Positions 27,974 to 41,545 of a stretch of 64,000 bases of DNA are shown here, one piece after another (position 1 is the first letter of the stretch; each line of letters opens with the position of its first letter). The stretch comes from Octopus vulgaris (lineage: Eukaryota). Below the pieces are notes generated by a model, which searched no databases, had not been told where the DNA came from, and worked only from the letters and a program-made list of their open reading frames with translations. The DNA lies in NCBI GenBank assembly GCA_951406725.2, contig OX597817.1, positions 69,626,001 to 69,690,000 of the forward strand. The letters run 5' to 3'. Both the position numbers and the translations under genes were made by a program.

Positions 27974-28150
27974 CACACACACATACCACAAATATGTATG
28001 GACGTATGTATATATTTACTAATGTATGTATGTATGATTTTCCCCTCACCTGACATCTCTGAAGAGTACGTGTATTACACAACCATCCAGTTATCTAATA
28101 TCTAGTGTGAAACCGATTGCTAAGATCAACTGCAATGGATCCATAATACT
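27974..28150 (+). repeat. 177-bp direct duplicate of 28752-28928
   Basis: cacacacacataccac...caatggatccataatact nearly identical at both loci. Confidence 0.92.
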
Positions 28151-28509
28151 ATAGGCTCAACTCAGCATATAAAACCTCGGATGATTTTTCCTTTGAGGAA
28201 TATATTTGGAAAATAAAAAGTGATTTTGCAACTCATCTTTACAGCTGAGTGAACTGGAGCGATGCGAAATAAAGTGTCTTGCTCAAGAACAAAACACAGA
28301 GCTCTGCGCTCTGCTCTCCACACATGGATTTCTGACTCACTAGTATCCTTGTCATCCTCTCTTTTAGTCATCAATTAATTTGTGATAGGTTAAAGCAGAA
28401 TATTAATGCTACCATGGTTGCTGGTCATCTCTTCAGAGAAAACAAAAAGGCAAATTGAAAAATATCATTGTTGCTGTCATCGTCGTCATCATCATCATCG
28501 TCGTCATCG

Positions 28510-28540
<31 letters not shown>

Positions 28541-28979
28541 TATCCTCCTCATCACCACCTCCATCCATTCTCCTCCCCTCATCATCATTATCACCATCAC
28601 CATCACCACCACCACCATCATCAACATCATCAACATCATCATCATCATCATACCCTTTACTAAGATCATTGTCATATTTGCCGTTATTCTTGTCACTGTT
28701 GTCATCATCATCATCATCACCATCACCAACACCATCACTCCCCCCACTGCCCACACACACATACCACATATATGTATGGACGTATGTATATATTTACTAA
28801 TGTATGTATGTATGATTTTCCCCTCACCTGACATCTCTGAAGAGTACATGTATTACACAACCATCCAGTTATCTAATATCTGGTGTGAAACTGATTGCTA
28901 AGATCAACTGCAATGGATCCATAATACTCTATACTTTGATTAATATATAGATACACACACACACACACATATATATATA

Positions 28980-29038
<59 letters not shown>

Positions 29039-29215
29039 ATATATAATACAAATAAGAAAATGGAGAAACAATTTAGTTCGTTCATCAGCTTTCAGATATT
29101 AGAATGTTGAATTTTAAAATATAAGGGTAAAAATTGATATTAATTGGATTAATATCAATTTAAACCTGTGGCCTAGCATACTGAAAAAATCTGAAGATTC
29201 AGAAAATTATATACA

Positions 29216-29257
<42 letters not shown>

Positions 29258-29349
29258 TAATCCAAACGGGAAAACAGAAAAAACAACAACACGTGGAACA
29301 ATTACAGTATTATTATTATTAGGCGCTCAGGAAAATGGAAGAAGGAGGG

Positions 29350-29382
29350 TATGACGTTTCGAGCGGAGCTCTTCGTCGGAAA
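29350..29382 (-). ncRNA. Minimal hammerhead-like motif, CCGACGA core
   Basis: ttt-CCGACGA-a-gagc-tcc-gctc-GAAA-cg-TC-ata, palindromic ACGT stem III and GUC triplet; element starts in (TA)n at ~29253. Confidence 0.55.
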
Positions 29383-29951
29383 CATAGGAGAAAGAAAGAT
29401 CCCGAGACGGGAGGACAGAGGAAAAAAAAAAAAAAAATTGAATATATATAAATATATATATACACATATATATATATTTATACATATATATATATACAGA
29501 CAGACACACACACACACACACACACACATACAAGTATTTTATTTTAAAATGATTTGTACCTAAACTTTTGGTAGTCCTTTGTATTCCATTTTACCCCACA
29601 CAGATACATTAAGGTGTAGATATCAGTGCATCAATACTTATTTATCTCTTAATTCCCTCTGCCCCTTATTTTCAAATGCATGAATATATGAAATATTAAA
29701 CAGTAAAATTTTTCCCTCAATATCATTGTACTTTCATAACAATTTTGTTCCCAGAATTATGATGCTTGTGATGGCAACTCAGATGCCATAATCTCGTATC
29801 CATGATGCTGACAAATCAAATTCCTTCGGCGTATCCTGATATGTAGATTCAAAAATTTCTTCTCAATTTGTGAATTCTCTTTGTCATGTGACCATCATAA
29901 CTGTAAACCTGCTCATTATCATGATTAAATAATCTCAATTTATTGCACACA

Positions 29952-29990
<39 letters not shown>

Positions 29991-30194
29991 ATCATATTTG
30001 ATTGCATAAAAGATGCATGAGCATATCAGGCATATTAGATGTATCTGAATTTCAGCAGAACATATTCAGCATAATTTGATTTTAGTTAATGAAAGCATAT
30101 ACAATAGGCTCAACACAGCATATAAGAACTTGGATGAATTTTCTTTGAGGAATATATTTGGAAAAAAAAATGTATCTTATACACCATTAAATAT

Positions 30195-30610
30195 GCATGT
30201 ATGTCATTATTCAATTTTATTTCAAGATTTCTTGGTAATAGAGAAAGAGACAGTTTCTAACCTAGATCTAACCCTCGTTGGAATTTCAAGATCAACAGGT
30301 TACTTTGGTATACATGTATGTATATGTGCAGATTTGTATGATTTTTTATGTATTTTCATGCATATAGTTGTATGTCCAAACATGTTCATATATACTTAAA
30401 TTGATAAACTACTGAAAAATTTTTACAGTTCTGGTGATGGCTTGGATCAGTAGACTTTGAATCAGCTTACTCCTTTCTGGTTTTGAGAAGCTTAATTTCT
30501 CAAGTTGGTATGTAGGCAGTGTGTTACATATGCCAGTATCCAAATAATTACAGGTATAAATTTGAACTTGTAATCTGGATAGAGTAGCTGTAGATTCTTC
30601 AATAGTTCAG
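30195..30610 (-). mobile_element. 3' end of REL-endonuclease (R4/Dong-like) retrotransposon at (TACA)n
   Basis: ELLKNLQLLYPDYKFKFIPVIIWILAYVTHCLHTNL; homologous to 59449-59794 in opposite orientation. Confidence 0.7.
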
Positions 30611-30897
30611 TGTATGTATGTATGTATGTATGTATGTATGTATGTATGTATGTATTTATGTATGTATGTATACATACATACATATTCTTCAATAGTTCAG
30701 TGTATGTATGTATGTATGTATGTATGTATCTATGTATGTATGTATACATACATACATATCAATTCTTCTCAACTGATCAATAGGCCGATTTAGTAAACCA
30801 ATCAATACTGAACTCTTTATGACTACTGGAAACAGTTGTAAGTCAAATTTACTTCAATAAAGATATATGCAACAACCATTATTTATGCTTTGTCTTG

Positions 30898-30940
<43 letters not shown>

Positions 30941-31744
30941 ATCACACACAAACACATAGACACATACACTTACACACACATGCACATATACACATGAACA
31001 ATAACATATGCATACACACTCACACGCACATGCACACACATATATAAAACAAGAAGATGAAGATATCAATATAGCATAAGTTTAATATTGGTTACAGTTG
31101 TTTCGTAACCAATGTGATTCTAACAAATTACATATAGATGATTATGTGCACTAAATAACACAAGACTTACATAAATTTACACAAGGCTGAACAGCACAGC
31201 ACTGGTACCTTATTGGAGTATCTTAACTCTACAAACACATCTCTATAAACTCACACTCCTATGCATAGTCCATAACCTGACTCAAATCTTCAACCATACA
31301 CTTCTTGCAACTACCTAGACACTATGATGATATGTTCTTTACATGAGTCTCAACTCTACAACTGTATACTCTTTACAGCTTTCTCAACTCAGTAACCTAT
31401 ACTCCTTACAATCACTTGAAATTCATAATCTTATACTTCCTGTGATTCTTTCAACACTTCATTACAGTCTCCACTTTCGCGAATAGTTTTCATTCCCTAC
31501 TTTTGCAAAACAATGGCCCTGTTCATGACAAACTCCACTGATCCCTACCCTAAATCAAAAGTTCTGCTCCCAATAGCAGCTTTAAATTCTTACAATGGCC
31601 ACACGTCTCACACAGGAGTGGTCAAATGACATTTATTTTTTTACTTCTTTTTTCTTTCATTAAACATCCTTATAAATGAATCTTGTGGGTGAAATGTTTG
31701 ATTTTGTCCAATAATTGAAAATCAATTCAATTTGGGACCTCCCA

Positions 31745-32095
31745 CCCACCCACCAAAAAGAAAATACTGTGGCATCAAACAACAAATATATGGCAGTGAA
31801 TTGGCTGTGCTGTTAGAACATGACCAGATCTAGGATTACCCTGATTATCAAAGACATGATGTTTCTCTCCAATATACAAGCACATGCTTAGAGTGGGACC
31901 ATTCACTCTAACTATTTTTGCCGTAGCTACCCATCTTTCCACAAATTCACTGGGAGATAGCACTCCTCCACCTTCACATTCCTTCCCAAGTGGAACTTTA
32001 AAATGGTCGGTGAGGGCTTGGCTGAAGAGGAAGGCGTCTTCCTTTAATCCTTTCAGACTCGTCTACCACACAACCTCTTTCACCATAGCCCTTTA
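31745..32095 (-). mobile_element. 3' end of Tx1-like non-LTR retrotransposon (degenerate)
   Basis: KEVVW*TSLKGLK..SQALTDHFK..LSPSEFVERWVATAKIVRV; homologous to 8480-8922. Confidence 0.5.
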
Positions 32096-32544
32096 GATAG
32101 AGGAGCTCTGCTTGCCCTGCCTTGTTAAAGGTAGGTGGTGGGATGACCCCAATACTCCTACCTGGGACTAATATTATATTTATCAGATCCTGAAAGAATG
32201 AAAAGAAAAGTTAGTCTCTGTAGGATTTGAATTCAAACAGAGCATAGAGGGTTGGAACAAAGACTTCTAAGGTCATTTCTATCCTATGCTCTCACCTTTT
32301 TGCCAATTCATTGTCTTAACAGCTATGATACATTAACAATAAGAGCAATTACAGGATCATCATTATTGTTATTAACAAATCAACGAAACAGCTGTAAAAA
32401 TAACCAATTCAATATAAAAAAATAACAAGTTAACATGGCATATTTTCTGGCATGCAAGTTGAATATTTTGACCAAAACTTACAGTCAAAAATTGTTATGC
32501 TGAAAGTAAATAGTCGCAACATTGAAATCTTAGCCACATCTGAC

Positions 32545-32737
32545 CCTGTTTTCTACCTGTTTTACTTTCAAACTGGCCAGATTCAGCTTTTGCACATCTA
32601 CCTTAAAATGTCATTCTGAATAAAAACAATCACATCATTGAAATCTTGAAGCTATGAGATAATACATGATTAATTCAAAACAATGTGAATAAATAAGCAT
32701 TAATTTTGACAAAGTAATCTGAATGCTAGAGGGTTAA
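32545..32737. mobile_element. TTAA-type MITE fragment
   Basis: Ends ctgaatgctagagggTTAA; other end not clearly seen. Confidence 0.4.
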
Positions 32738-32922
32738 ACAACCAAGATCACTTTGGAGGAGCAAAAATTCCATGTGAAATGCATCAAGATTTGGTAAGAT
32801 AATGATGATGTTTGAATGTTTACACCACATAATAAGTATTCCAACTTGTTTGCCAAAAAAAAAAAAAACATGGTAATAAAGAATGAAGGAAAATACTGCA
32901 AAAATGAAACATAATCACTTAC

Positions 32923-33164
32923 TTGTTCGACGACAAAAATCCGAAAATCCAGTTGTTGTCTTCGAAGCATTGGCAGCAGGTGATAAAGTAATGTCAAAAG
33001 ATGTTGATGCCTGTCTCGATAAGGAATTATAATGGCTACACGGTGCCGTGATATGCAATGTGCAGGTTTCCAAGAACCTCCAGATCTCAAGGCAGGATTC
33101 ATCAGTTTAATATTATTCACCTTTATTTCTCCAGTAAGATTGAAATTTACCAACATTTTTCCCT
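32923..33164 (-). CDS. B4GALT: Internal coding exon of a beta-1,4-galactosyltransferase / beta-1,4-N-acetylgalactosaminyltransferase (GT7, B4GALT/bre-4 family); paralog undetermined
   Basis: Translates (x)GKMLVNFNLTGEIKVNNIKLMNPALRSGGSWKPAHCISRHRVAIIIPYRDRHQHLLTLLYHLLPMLRRQQLDFRIFVVEQ, matching the GT7 motifs GGxWxPxxC, VAIIIP(F/Y)RxR and L.RQQL.Y.I(F/Y)VVEQ. Acceptor tttcttgcag at 33165, donor gtaagt at 32922. 242 bp, phase 1 to phase 0, like the homologous vertebrate exon 2. Confidence 0.93.
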
Positions 33165-33739
33165 CTGCAAGAAATGAATAAATGAATAATTAATTATTTA
33201 TTAATTTATTAGATTTATGACGTAATGTGATTAATTTATAATTCAGTTAATCAATTAAACGAAATAAATTTATGAAAACAAAATCAACTATAATATATAT
33301 ATAAATATATATATAACCCAACTCTGTCGGTCACGAATGACCATGGGTACACCTAAGAAGTTCATCTCCATGGTACAAGTCTGAGTGGAAAGTCACCTCA
33401 CCAGCAAACACACAACCTAGGGTTGTTTTTACGGAAGACCAGCAGTCACCCATGTATACCAGCCTCCCCTCTCCAATGGTTTATTGGAATAGAAGGCTGT
33501 AAATTTTTCCCATATCACAGTTCAATAAGCTGGAAAAAGTGATTCTATAGCTCACGGCTAGCAACTGGGGTTGCTATGCAAGCAAATAAAAATTCATTTT
33601 ACTTGTTTCAATCATTAGACTGTGGCCGTACTAGGGCACCAGCTTGAAGAATTTTTAATCAAATGAATCAACCCCAGTACTTAGTTTTCTTTTAAGCCTA
33701 CTACTTACTTTATTGGTCTCTTTTGCCAAACTGCTAAGT

Positions 33740-33926
33740 CAGGTGCCAGACGAGGCTGGCAGACGGCCACGCTCGGATGGTGTTTTCTTATGTGCCACCG
33801 ACACAGGTGCCAGATGAGGCTGGCGAACGGCCACGCTCGGATGGTGTTTGTTACGTGCCCTCAACACGGAGGCCAGTCGATGCAGTACTGGCTACAGTCA
33901 CGTTCGGATGGTTTTCTTATGTGCCA
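33740..33926 (+). repeat. ~64-bp GC-rich minisatellite (about 3 units) internal to a SINE/LINE tail family
   Basis: caggtgccaga..ggccacgctcggatggtgttt at 33740 and 33804, plus a degenerate third unit; similar units at 48330-48460. Confidence 0.75.
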
Positions 33927-35196
33927 GTTGGTGAGAAATCCTAGTCACTTGTCTGTTCAGTGTAACATTTACATTTGTGAAGTTTAAAACTTTCAAGTTT
34001 GGAAGCGAATTAAATTACATTAGCTATGAGATATTTGCATGCACACGTGTGTATGTGTGTGGTGTGTATGTGTTGTATGTATATCTTTGCACACACATAC
34101 ACAAAAGTACACATTTATATACATATTTAGATATATGTATGCGGATACATAAAATATATACGCACATATATATATATATACACATATATAATATGTATAC
34201 ATATTTAATTTTATACACTCATACCACTTATATGTATATGTATGTGTGGGTGTGTCTGTGTGTGTCTGTGTGTGCTTTTGTGTGCATATATATATATATG
34301 TATATATGTATGTATGTATGTGTGTATAAATGTTTATGTACATATGTTCAAAATTTAAATAAGTGAAACAACATCATCTGAAATTGACGTCATTATGGTA
34401 CTGAGTTTTAGAGTGGCTATAAGTGTGTGTGTATGTGGGTATATATACACGTGTCTATATATGTGTATGTGTGTGTATATATATATAAATATATATGCAC
34501 ACACATGCATATAATGCACTCACATACATAAACACAAACATTCATGCTTATATTTATGTATATATATATATACATATGTGTATGTGTGTGTGTCTGTATA
34601 TATATATATATATATTTAATACATATATATATATATATTCACACATATATATATATACATACATACATATATATATACACACACACACATATATATATAT
34701 ATATATGTATATGTATATATATTATATATATATATACACACACACACATATAAGCATATATATACACACACTTAATATTTATATAAATGTACTCACACAC
34801 TCACACATGCTCACGCACACATATGCATATCCATACTCACACATACATGTTACTTTGGAAGTCTGGATATAGACACATTGTGGAAAATGAGAAGAATTTT
34901 CGAAAATAAATTCTTTGAGATAGAGAATCACTTAACAAAGCATAATTCTTCACAAAACATGGTAAACATGTTAGTTTTATGTGAAGATAAATTGAATATC
35001 TCCAAAGATGAAACCACTAGAGATTTTAATGCCAATACACAAGAGATTTTAATTATAATCATATTATGTATGTTGGCATTTGAAATATACAAGTATGTCC
35101 ACATATGTATATAAATGTGATTATTTATTCTGGAAGGAGTGTTTTCATGTACTATTATAGGCATTAACGTATGTTTGTGGGTATGAATGCATATAT

Positions 35197-35280
<84 letters not shown>

Positions 35281-35344
35281 ATACATATGTATAAATATAA
35301 AGTATATATCAATAAAATCATCAATAACTGTATGTATATATATA

Positions 35345-35393
<49 letters not shown>

Positions 35394-35596
35394 TCACACA
35401 TGCTTGTACTCCAAAACATTTGTAGGTGTATAAAGGAAAGAAAGTTGTATTCAATATATTTATTTGGAGTTGTTGCATTAAATTTCATGCTACTGTGATC
35501 TTCAGGTGAGAACTTATTTAAAGATTGCTATCGTAGGCAATTTGAGATATAAGGTAAAATTTCAGTTTCAATAATCCCTCTCTCTCTCTATCTATT

Positions 35597-35634
<38 letters not shown>

Positions 35635-36176
35635 TGTGTGTATGTGTCCAAATTGAGGGGGTGGAGATGGTAAAATCCATGCTACATATGTTCTCTAGAT
35701 AGGAGGACCTTGGAATTGATAATTATCTCTTATTATAAAAGGCAGATTTTATCTGCCTCCCTTTGGGAGTTATACAAATCTACAATATAGGATTTCTTCA
35801 ATTACAATTTACCTAGCATTTTTGAGAGTACAATGCATCGCGTCATGCCAGGTCCAGTTTTTAAAATTTAAACTCCAATTAAGCAAAATTTACAGAAAAC
35901 TCACATTCTGGTGTGTGTGTCAAATGCTTTTCTTAGTCTGGTTTACACCACACGCAAACGCACACACACAGTGGGCAACGAATAAAATGAAAGTAAATAG
36001 CGACAGAGTGATTTGAGGAAGACTAAAGTGAAAGTATTCTGTCTATGACGCTGATAGATACATGAGTAAAATGTATGGGAAGCTAAGAGCTAAGAGTGAG
36101 TGAAAATGTTCTTGGAAGAGAGTAATTAGTAATAAAGTAAACATACACTCATACATACATACATACATACATACAT

Positions 36177-36213
<37 letters not shown>

Positions 36214-36225
36214 TACACACACACA

Positions 36226-36257
<32 letters not shown>

Positions 36258-36276
36258 CATACATACATACATACAT

Positions 36277-36307
<31 letters not shown>

Positions 36308-36428
36308 TACACACACACACAGTATTGAAGCTTGAGAACAATCAGATACATTTGCAACACATCTGTTGAAAATATTATTGTTCACACACATACATATACA
36401 TATATACATACAGACAGACAGACAGATA

Positions 36429-36472
<44 letters not shown>

Positions 36473-36499
36473 ATCCAGCATGGTCACAACCTCAAGGCT

Positions 36500-36700
36500 G
36501 AAACCCTGGTGGAACAAAATATCATCGTAACTGTTGAGGAACTAGCAGAGAAGCTTGGATTTGGTCATTCAACCATTCATTGACACCTGTGTGCTATCGG
36601 AAAAGTCAGTAAATTGGGTCAATGGGTTCCTCACGAACTTTCCGAGTCTAATTGCATGCAGAGAGTGAATGTATGCTTTTCTTTGCTGTCATATCTCACC
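36500..36700 (+). mobile_element. mariner transposase fragment (same family as 49785-51058)
   Basis: LVEQNIIVTVEELAEKLGFGHSTIH*HLCAIGKVSKLGQWVPHEL. Confidence 0.85.
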
Positions 36701-36718
36701 ACTACTGCGCTATGTATA

Positions 36719-37344
36719 TCTATATATATAAAACTGTAGTTGTGTGAGTGTCTGTCCCCTTCGATTTAGATTCCTAACTACTCCCACATTTTGCGGTACA
36801 GTTTAACCAAATTCGGGTAGCTTATAGTCGTGATTCATATCGAGCCCGTCTGAATATTAGCGCACGTCTACGATGAGTCTACGATTTTAAAAATAATTTA
36901 ACATCATTTTTTATTCCATTTTAATGCATAATTTTTCGTGTGTCGATGGCGGCGGAGTTGGCGTCCACGCTCACACCTGCACCTGTGGGGAAGGGAGTGT
37001 AAGGAAATCAACGTCGTAATGCGTTGTCAAGGAGACCAGTGTTCTTTTAGAACAACGACTTCATGGCTTGAAGACACCAAAACAGAAATGGCTAAGAACG
37101 CGTCTACATGAGTCTACGATTTACAAAAAATTTACCATCGTTTTTTTTCCATTTTAATGCATTTTTTCGCTATTATATAAGGGAAGTAACTCTCTAAAAA
37201 TGTCTACGATGAGTCAACGATTTAAAAAAAAATTTACCATCATATTTTTTCCATTTTTAATGCATTTTTTGGCTATAACTCTCTAAAAATGCTTATATAG
37301 TTATTTCCCTTACAAACCCGAGCAACGCCGGGCGATACTGCTAG
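36719..37344 (+). mobile_element. Non-autonomous Helitron
   Basis: A|TCtatatatataaaa 5' end, subterminal GC hairpin cccgagcaacgccggg, CTAG|T 3' end, no TSD; internal unit gtctacgatgagtctacgattt.. repeated three times. Confidence 0.85.
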
Positions 37345-37408
37345 TTCAATATACCACTAATTACTCATCAGACCAAAGGTAAATTGTTTTTTTTATTTTC
37401 TCATACAT

Positions 37409-37818
37409 AGGTGCAGGAGTGGCTGTGTGGTAAGTAGCTTGCTTACCAGCTCTATGGTTCGGGGTTCATTCCCACTGCGTGGCACCTTGGGCAAGTCTCT
37501 TCTATTATATCCTCGGGCCGACCAAAGCTTTGTGAGTGGATTTGGAAGACAGAAACTGAAATAAGCCCATTGTATATATGTATGTGTGTGTGTATGTGTG
37601 TGTATGTTTGTGTGTCTATGTTTGTCCCTCCAACATCACTTGACAACCGATGCTGGTGTGTCTATGTCCCCGTAACTTAGCGGTTAGACAAAAGAGACCA
37701 ATAAGTACTAGGCTTCCAAAGAATATGCCCTGGGGTTGATTTGATTGACTAAAGGCTGTGCTCCAGCATGGCCACAGTCAACTGACTGAAACAAGTAAAA
37801 GGGTAAAGAGTAAAAGAG
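37409..37818 (+). mobile_element. tRNA-derived SINE, family A (full length)
   Basis: Same as 9620-10066. Confidence 0.88.
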
Positions 37819-38769
37819 ATATGTTTTCCTATTTTGTTTTTGCACTCCATTCTTCTGGCTTTACCACTCATGGCGTGTTAACTTGATGACAATGTAACCA
37901 TTTAACTAAGGTATATTCAGCCTGATGAGTAAGCAGCTGAGTACCCCTCATTGAGTAATTATTACATCAGAAGATATGATAGCTAGGAAACAGATGTGGC
38001 CTGGATTTTATCTATTCTATTCCTTATATTTGGATTTTTTTTTTCACATTCATAAACAATTAAAAAACTATTTTTAACCTTACCAAACTTTGATATGGGA
38101 AAAGCATACCACGTTTTATACCAATAAACAAGTATTGGTCCTGAAAGTTGTTTTTATACCTACTACAGACTGTTTACTTTCTACACCTAGACTCTTCAAT
38201 CTTACAATTACATATTATATATATATATATATATAATATTGTTAGGAAGTATAACTCCAAACTTACAGGGAAAAATTCAATTTAGTATTAAATCAAATTT
38301 CACAATATAGATATATAATATATAAATGTCTATCACTGTTTGAATTGCATAACAGTGGTTTTTCTATAATTTATATATTATATATATATGTATATATGTA
38401 TATATATATATATAAATGCATATATGTATATAATCATATATGTATGTATAGATAGACAGATAGTTACATAGATATAGATACAGATATAAAAGTTTATATG
38501 TATGTGTGTTTATGCATATCTATATATATATGTGCATATATGTATCTTTTATCATTTATCTTTTATGGGTTTCAGCCAGAGGCTGAGGCCATGCTGGTGC
38601 ACCACCTTTACTGCATCCAGGGATTTTTCCAGGATTACTTCTGGTGAAATAGCGAGTTGGGTGTTGCCACTCTTTGTGCCTCCTGCTACAATGTGGGTTC
38701 ATCCAGAATTGCTGATAAAAAGCTGTTTGTACATTTTTTGAAGACTCCCATGTCTACACCTTGCTGATC

Positions 38770-38888
<119 letters not shown>

Positions 38889-38989
38889 TAGATATAGATA
38901 TAGATATATAGATATATATATACATATATATATATTATATACATTATTTACAATTGATGGATATTTGTCATTATCTTGTTTGTTGTTTA

Positions 38990-39031
38990 CACAATATTTC
39001 AGCTGATATATCCTCCACCCTTCATCAGGTG
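38990..39031 (-). ncRNA. Minimal hammerhead-like motif (partly decayed)
   Basis: cac-CTGATGA-agggtg..cagct-GAAA-ta-TT-gtg, lying between (TA)n and (ATT)n tracts. Confidence 0.5.
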
Positions 39032-39107
39032 TCTGGGGAAATTGCGAATCTGGATTCTCATTCCTAAGGAATTTTTTGATGTTCGTCATCATCGGCAGCG
39101 GCGGCGG

Positions 39108-39119
39108 CATTATTATTAC

Positions 39120-39203
<84 letters not shown>

Positions 39204-39232
39204 CATTATTATTATTATTATTAATGATGATG

Positions 39233-39299
<67 letters not shown>

Positions 39300-39300
39300 C
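39108..39300. repeat. Head-to-head (ATT)n/(AAT)n microsatellite
   Basis: (att)n 39108-39222 switches to (aat)n 39223-39299, giving a self-complementary tract. Confidence 0.9.
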
Positions 39301-39319
39301 AAACATTGAGAAATGCCTG

Positions 39320-39355
<36 letters not shown>

Positions 39356-40247
39356 TATGCACAATATATGTATATATATATATAAATTCATTGAGTGTTC
39401 TGAGAATACTCCATCATTCTGTCCACCCAGCTTGTGTTCTATGTTCTCACTGAAACGACCTCTTGCTTAAAAGATTTCCTAAGCTTATCCCATTTTGAAG
39501 TCAGAATGTATAGAACTGAAAAACCGATGTTCTTATGTACCATTAATTAGCCACCCAGCCCTCATGGTTTATTCTATATGCTGCCAAAAAAACAAAAGGT
39601 ACAGTTGGCCTAGATAAGAGTTGACCTCAATGTGCAGAGACCTAGAATAAATACCACAGACATTCCATTTTATGCTTTAATGACTCTAATAACTCAATGC
39701 AATATGATGTGTCATGGTTCCCAGTTTCACTAATTAGATTTCATTTAGATATCATAAACCTGACATTTGATCAAAGAAAGTTTATTTTTAATATATATCT
39801 CATCCCTTACTCTTCCCTACTTTTCCTTCAGAACATATTTAATCATATCATCAGTATCACACCCAAAATTCAACCCTTTCTTTTCATTCATTTTATTCAC
39901 CTCTCAGCCCTACCCCATTTCTAACCATCCTTCACTCTCCTCATACATGCTTGCATTGTCAACCCCTTCAAGCTACTTGTTCTTCTCCCCACTGGCCTTA
40001 TACAACTTCTTGAACGTTAATGGCTCATTCTGGCACCTCATCACAACTATTTTAGTTCTCTTTCTGGCTCTTCCTATGACTAACCATGTAACTCATTTTC
40101 AGCAGGAAACATTTTCTGGGTTCTTTTTTCATACTCTGACCTCTCATTTCTAAACATAAAACCGACTCTCTTTTCATTGAAGCCCCACTCAGTCAAAGTG
40201 CTTCTTAGTCTTGCTAGTACCAGAAAGCTTTAGAAAGGATCCCCCCG

Positions 40248-40742
40248 ATCCCTTATCTGGTGGTCAATGCAGAAAAAAGGCATAGATGAGTGGTTGGTGA
40301 AAGCTGCAGAAGCTATGTACAGGGATGCTACTAGTAAGGTAAGGGTTAGCAATGAGTACAGCAAAGAATTCAGGGTGGAAGTAGAGATTCACCAAGGACC
40401 AGTGTTCAGCCCCCTCTTGTTCATCATAGTCCTCCAGGCAATAACTGAGGAATTGAAGACAGGCTGCCACTGGGAGTTCCTCTATGCTGATGATCTTGCT
40501 CTTATGGCCAAATCACTACCAGAACTAGAGAAGAAGTTCCAGGTATGGAAGCAAGGTCTAGAATTGAAGGGCCTTCGAGTTAACTTAGCAAAAACCGAAG
40601 TTTTAGTAAGTAGGAAGGCAGACAAATCACAAATACCTCCAGGTAGATGACCCTACTCAATCTGTAGAAAAGGCATAGGTAGAAACTTCATAAGATGCAC
40701 CTGGTGTAAGCTTTGGACACATTAAAGGTGTAACAATATCAC
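40248..40742 (+). mobile_element. RTE-clade LINE reverse-transcriptase fragment
   Basis: KGIDEWLVKAAEAMY..HQGPVFSPLLFIIVL..FLYADDLAL..KGLRVNLAKTEV, followed by a Cys-rich segment ICRKGIGRNFIRCTWCKLWTH. Confidence 0.92.
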
Positions 40743-41052
40743 TGCCAATGTTTCATTGCTATGTAGCATAGTCGTTCACACACAGGCATCATACAATCTG
40801 CTTTTCCCTCTGAGACAGAGGCCCTTTGTTGCCAGCAGAAGTAGAAGCTCTCTAAACTTTTTCCAGCCTAATCTTCTTCTCACAGCTATGCTCTCAGAGC
40901 ATCCACCTCTACTACTAACTTGGTTACCTAGATAACAGAAGCTATCTACTGCCTCTAGCTTGCCCTACTGGCAGTTGATGGAATCTGTTTTTTTCCCATT
41001 TTCAATGTTTATTGTACCTGTGGACCTTTCACATGCAAAAGCTAGTTTCTCT
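40743..41052 (-). mobile_element. Downstream part of the same RTE RT, inverted
   Basis: Minus strand: LEAVDSFCYLGNQVSSRGGCSESIAVRRRLGWKKFRELL..RLYDACV..MLHSNETL. Confidence 0.85.
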
Positions 41053-41192
41053 AAATTATAATTTTAATAATAATTATAACCTTTGAAGGTTTTTATTTCC
41101 ATGCTGGCCACTTGATAAGATTGATATTTAAATTAATGATCTTATCCTTATATATATATATATATATATATATTACATGTATATATATGTAT

Positions 41193-41545
41193 GTGAAGGC
41201 ATATGGCTCAGAGGTTAGAGCGTTGAGCCTATGATCATGCGGTTGTGAGTTTGATTCCCAGACTGGGCTGTGTGTTGTGTTCTTGGGCAATACACTTTAT
41301 TACTCATTGCTCCAGTTCACTCAGCTGTAAAAATGAGTTGTGACATCACTGGTGTATCGGCCTTTGTGTTTCCTTTAGATAACATCAGTGGTGTGGAAAG
41401 AGGAAACTGGTATGCATGGGTGACTGCTCGTCTAACATAAAAACAACCCTAGGTTGTGCATTCACTGGTGAGGCAACTTTCTGCCCAGACACGTATCCTG
41501 GAAGGGAACCTCTTAGGTGCACCCATGGTCATTCGTGATGGACAG
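41193..41545 (+). mobile_element. tRNA-derived SINE (degenerate)
   Basis: tggctcagaggttagagcg..gagtttgattccc tRNA-like head. Confidence 0.65.

Noticed and set aside
31085-31112. GAAA-caactg-TA half hammerhead on the minus strand
   Set aside because: No CUGANGA half found nearby; at most a truncated remnant.
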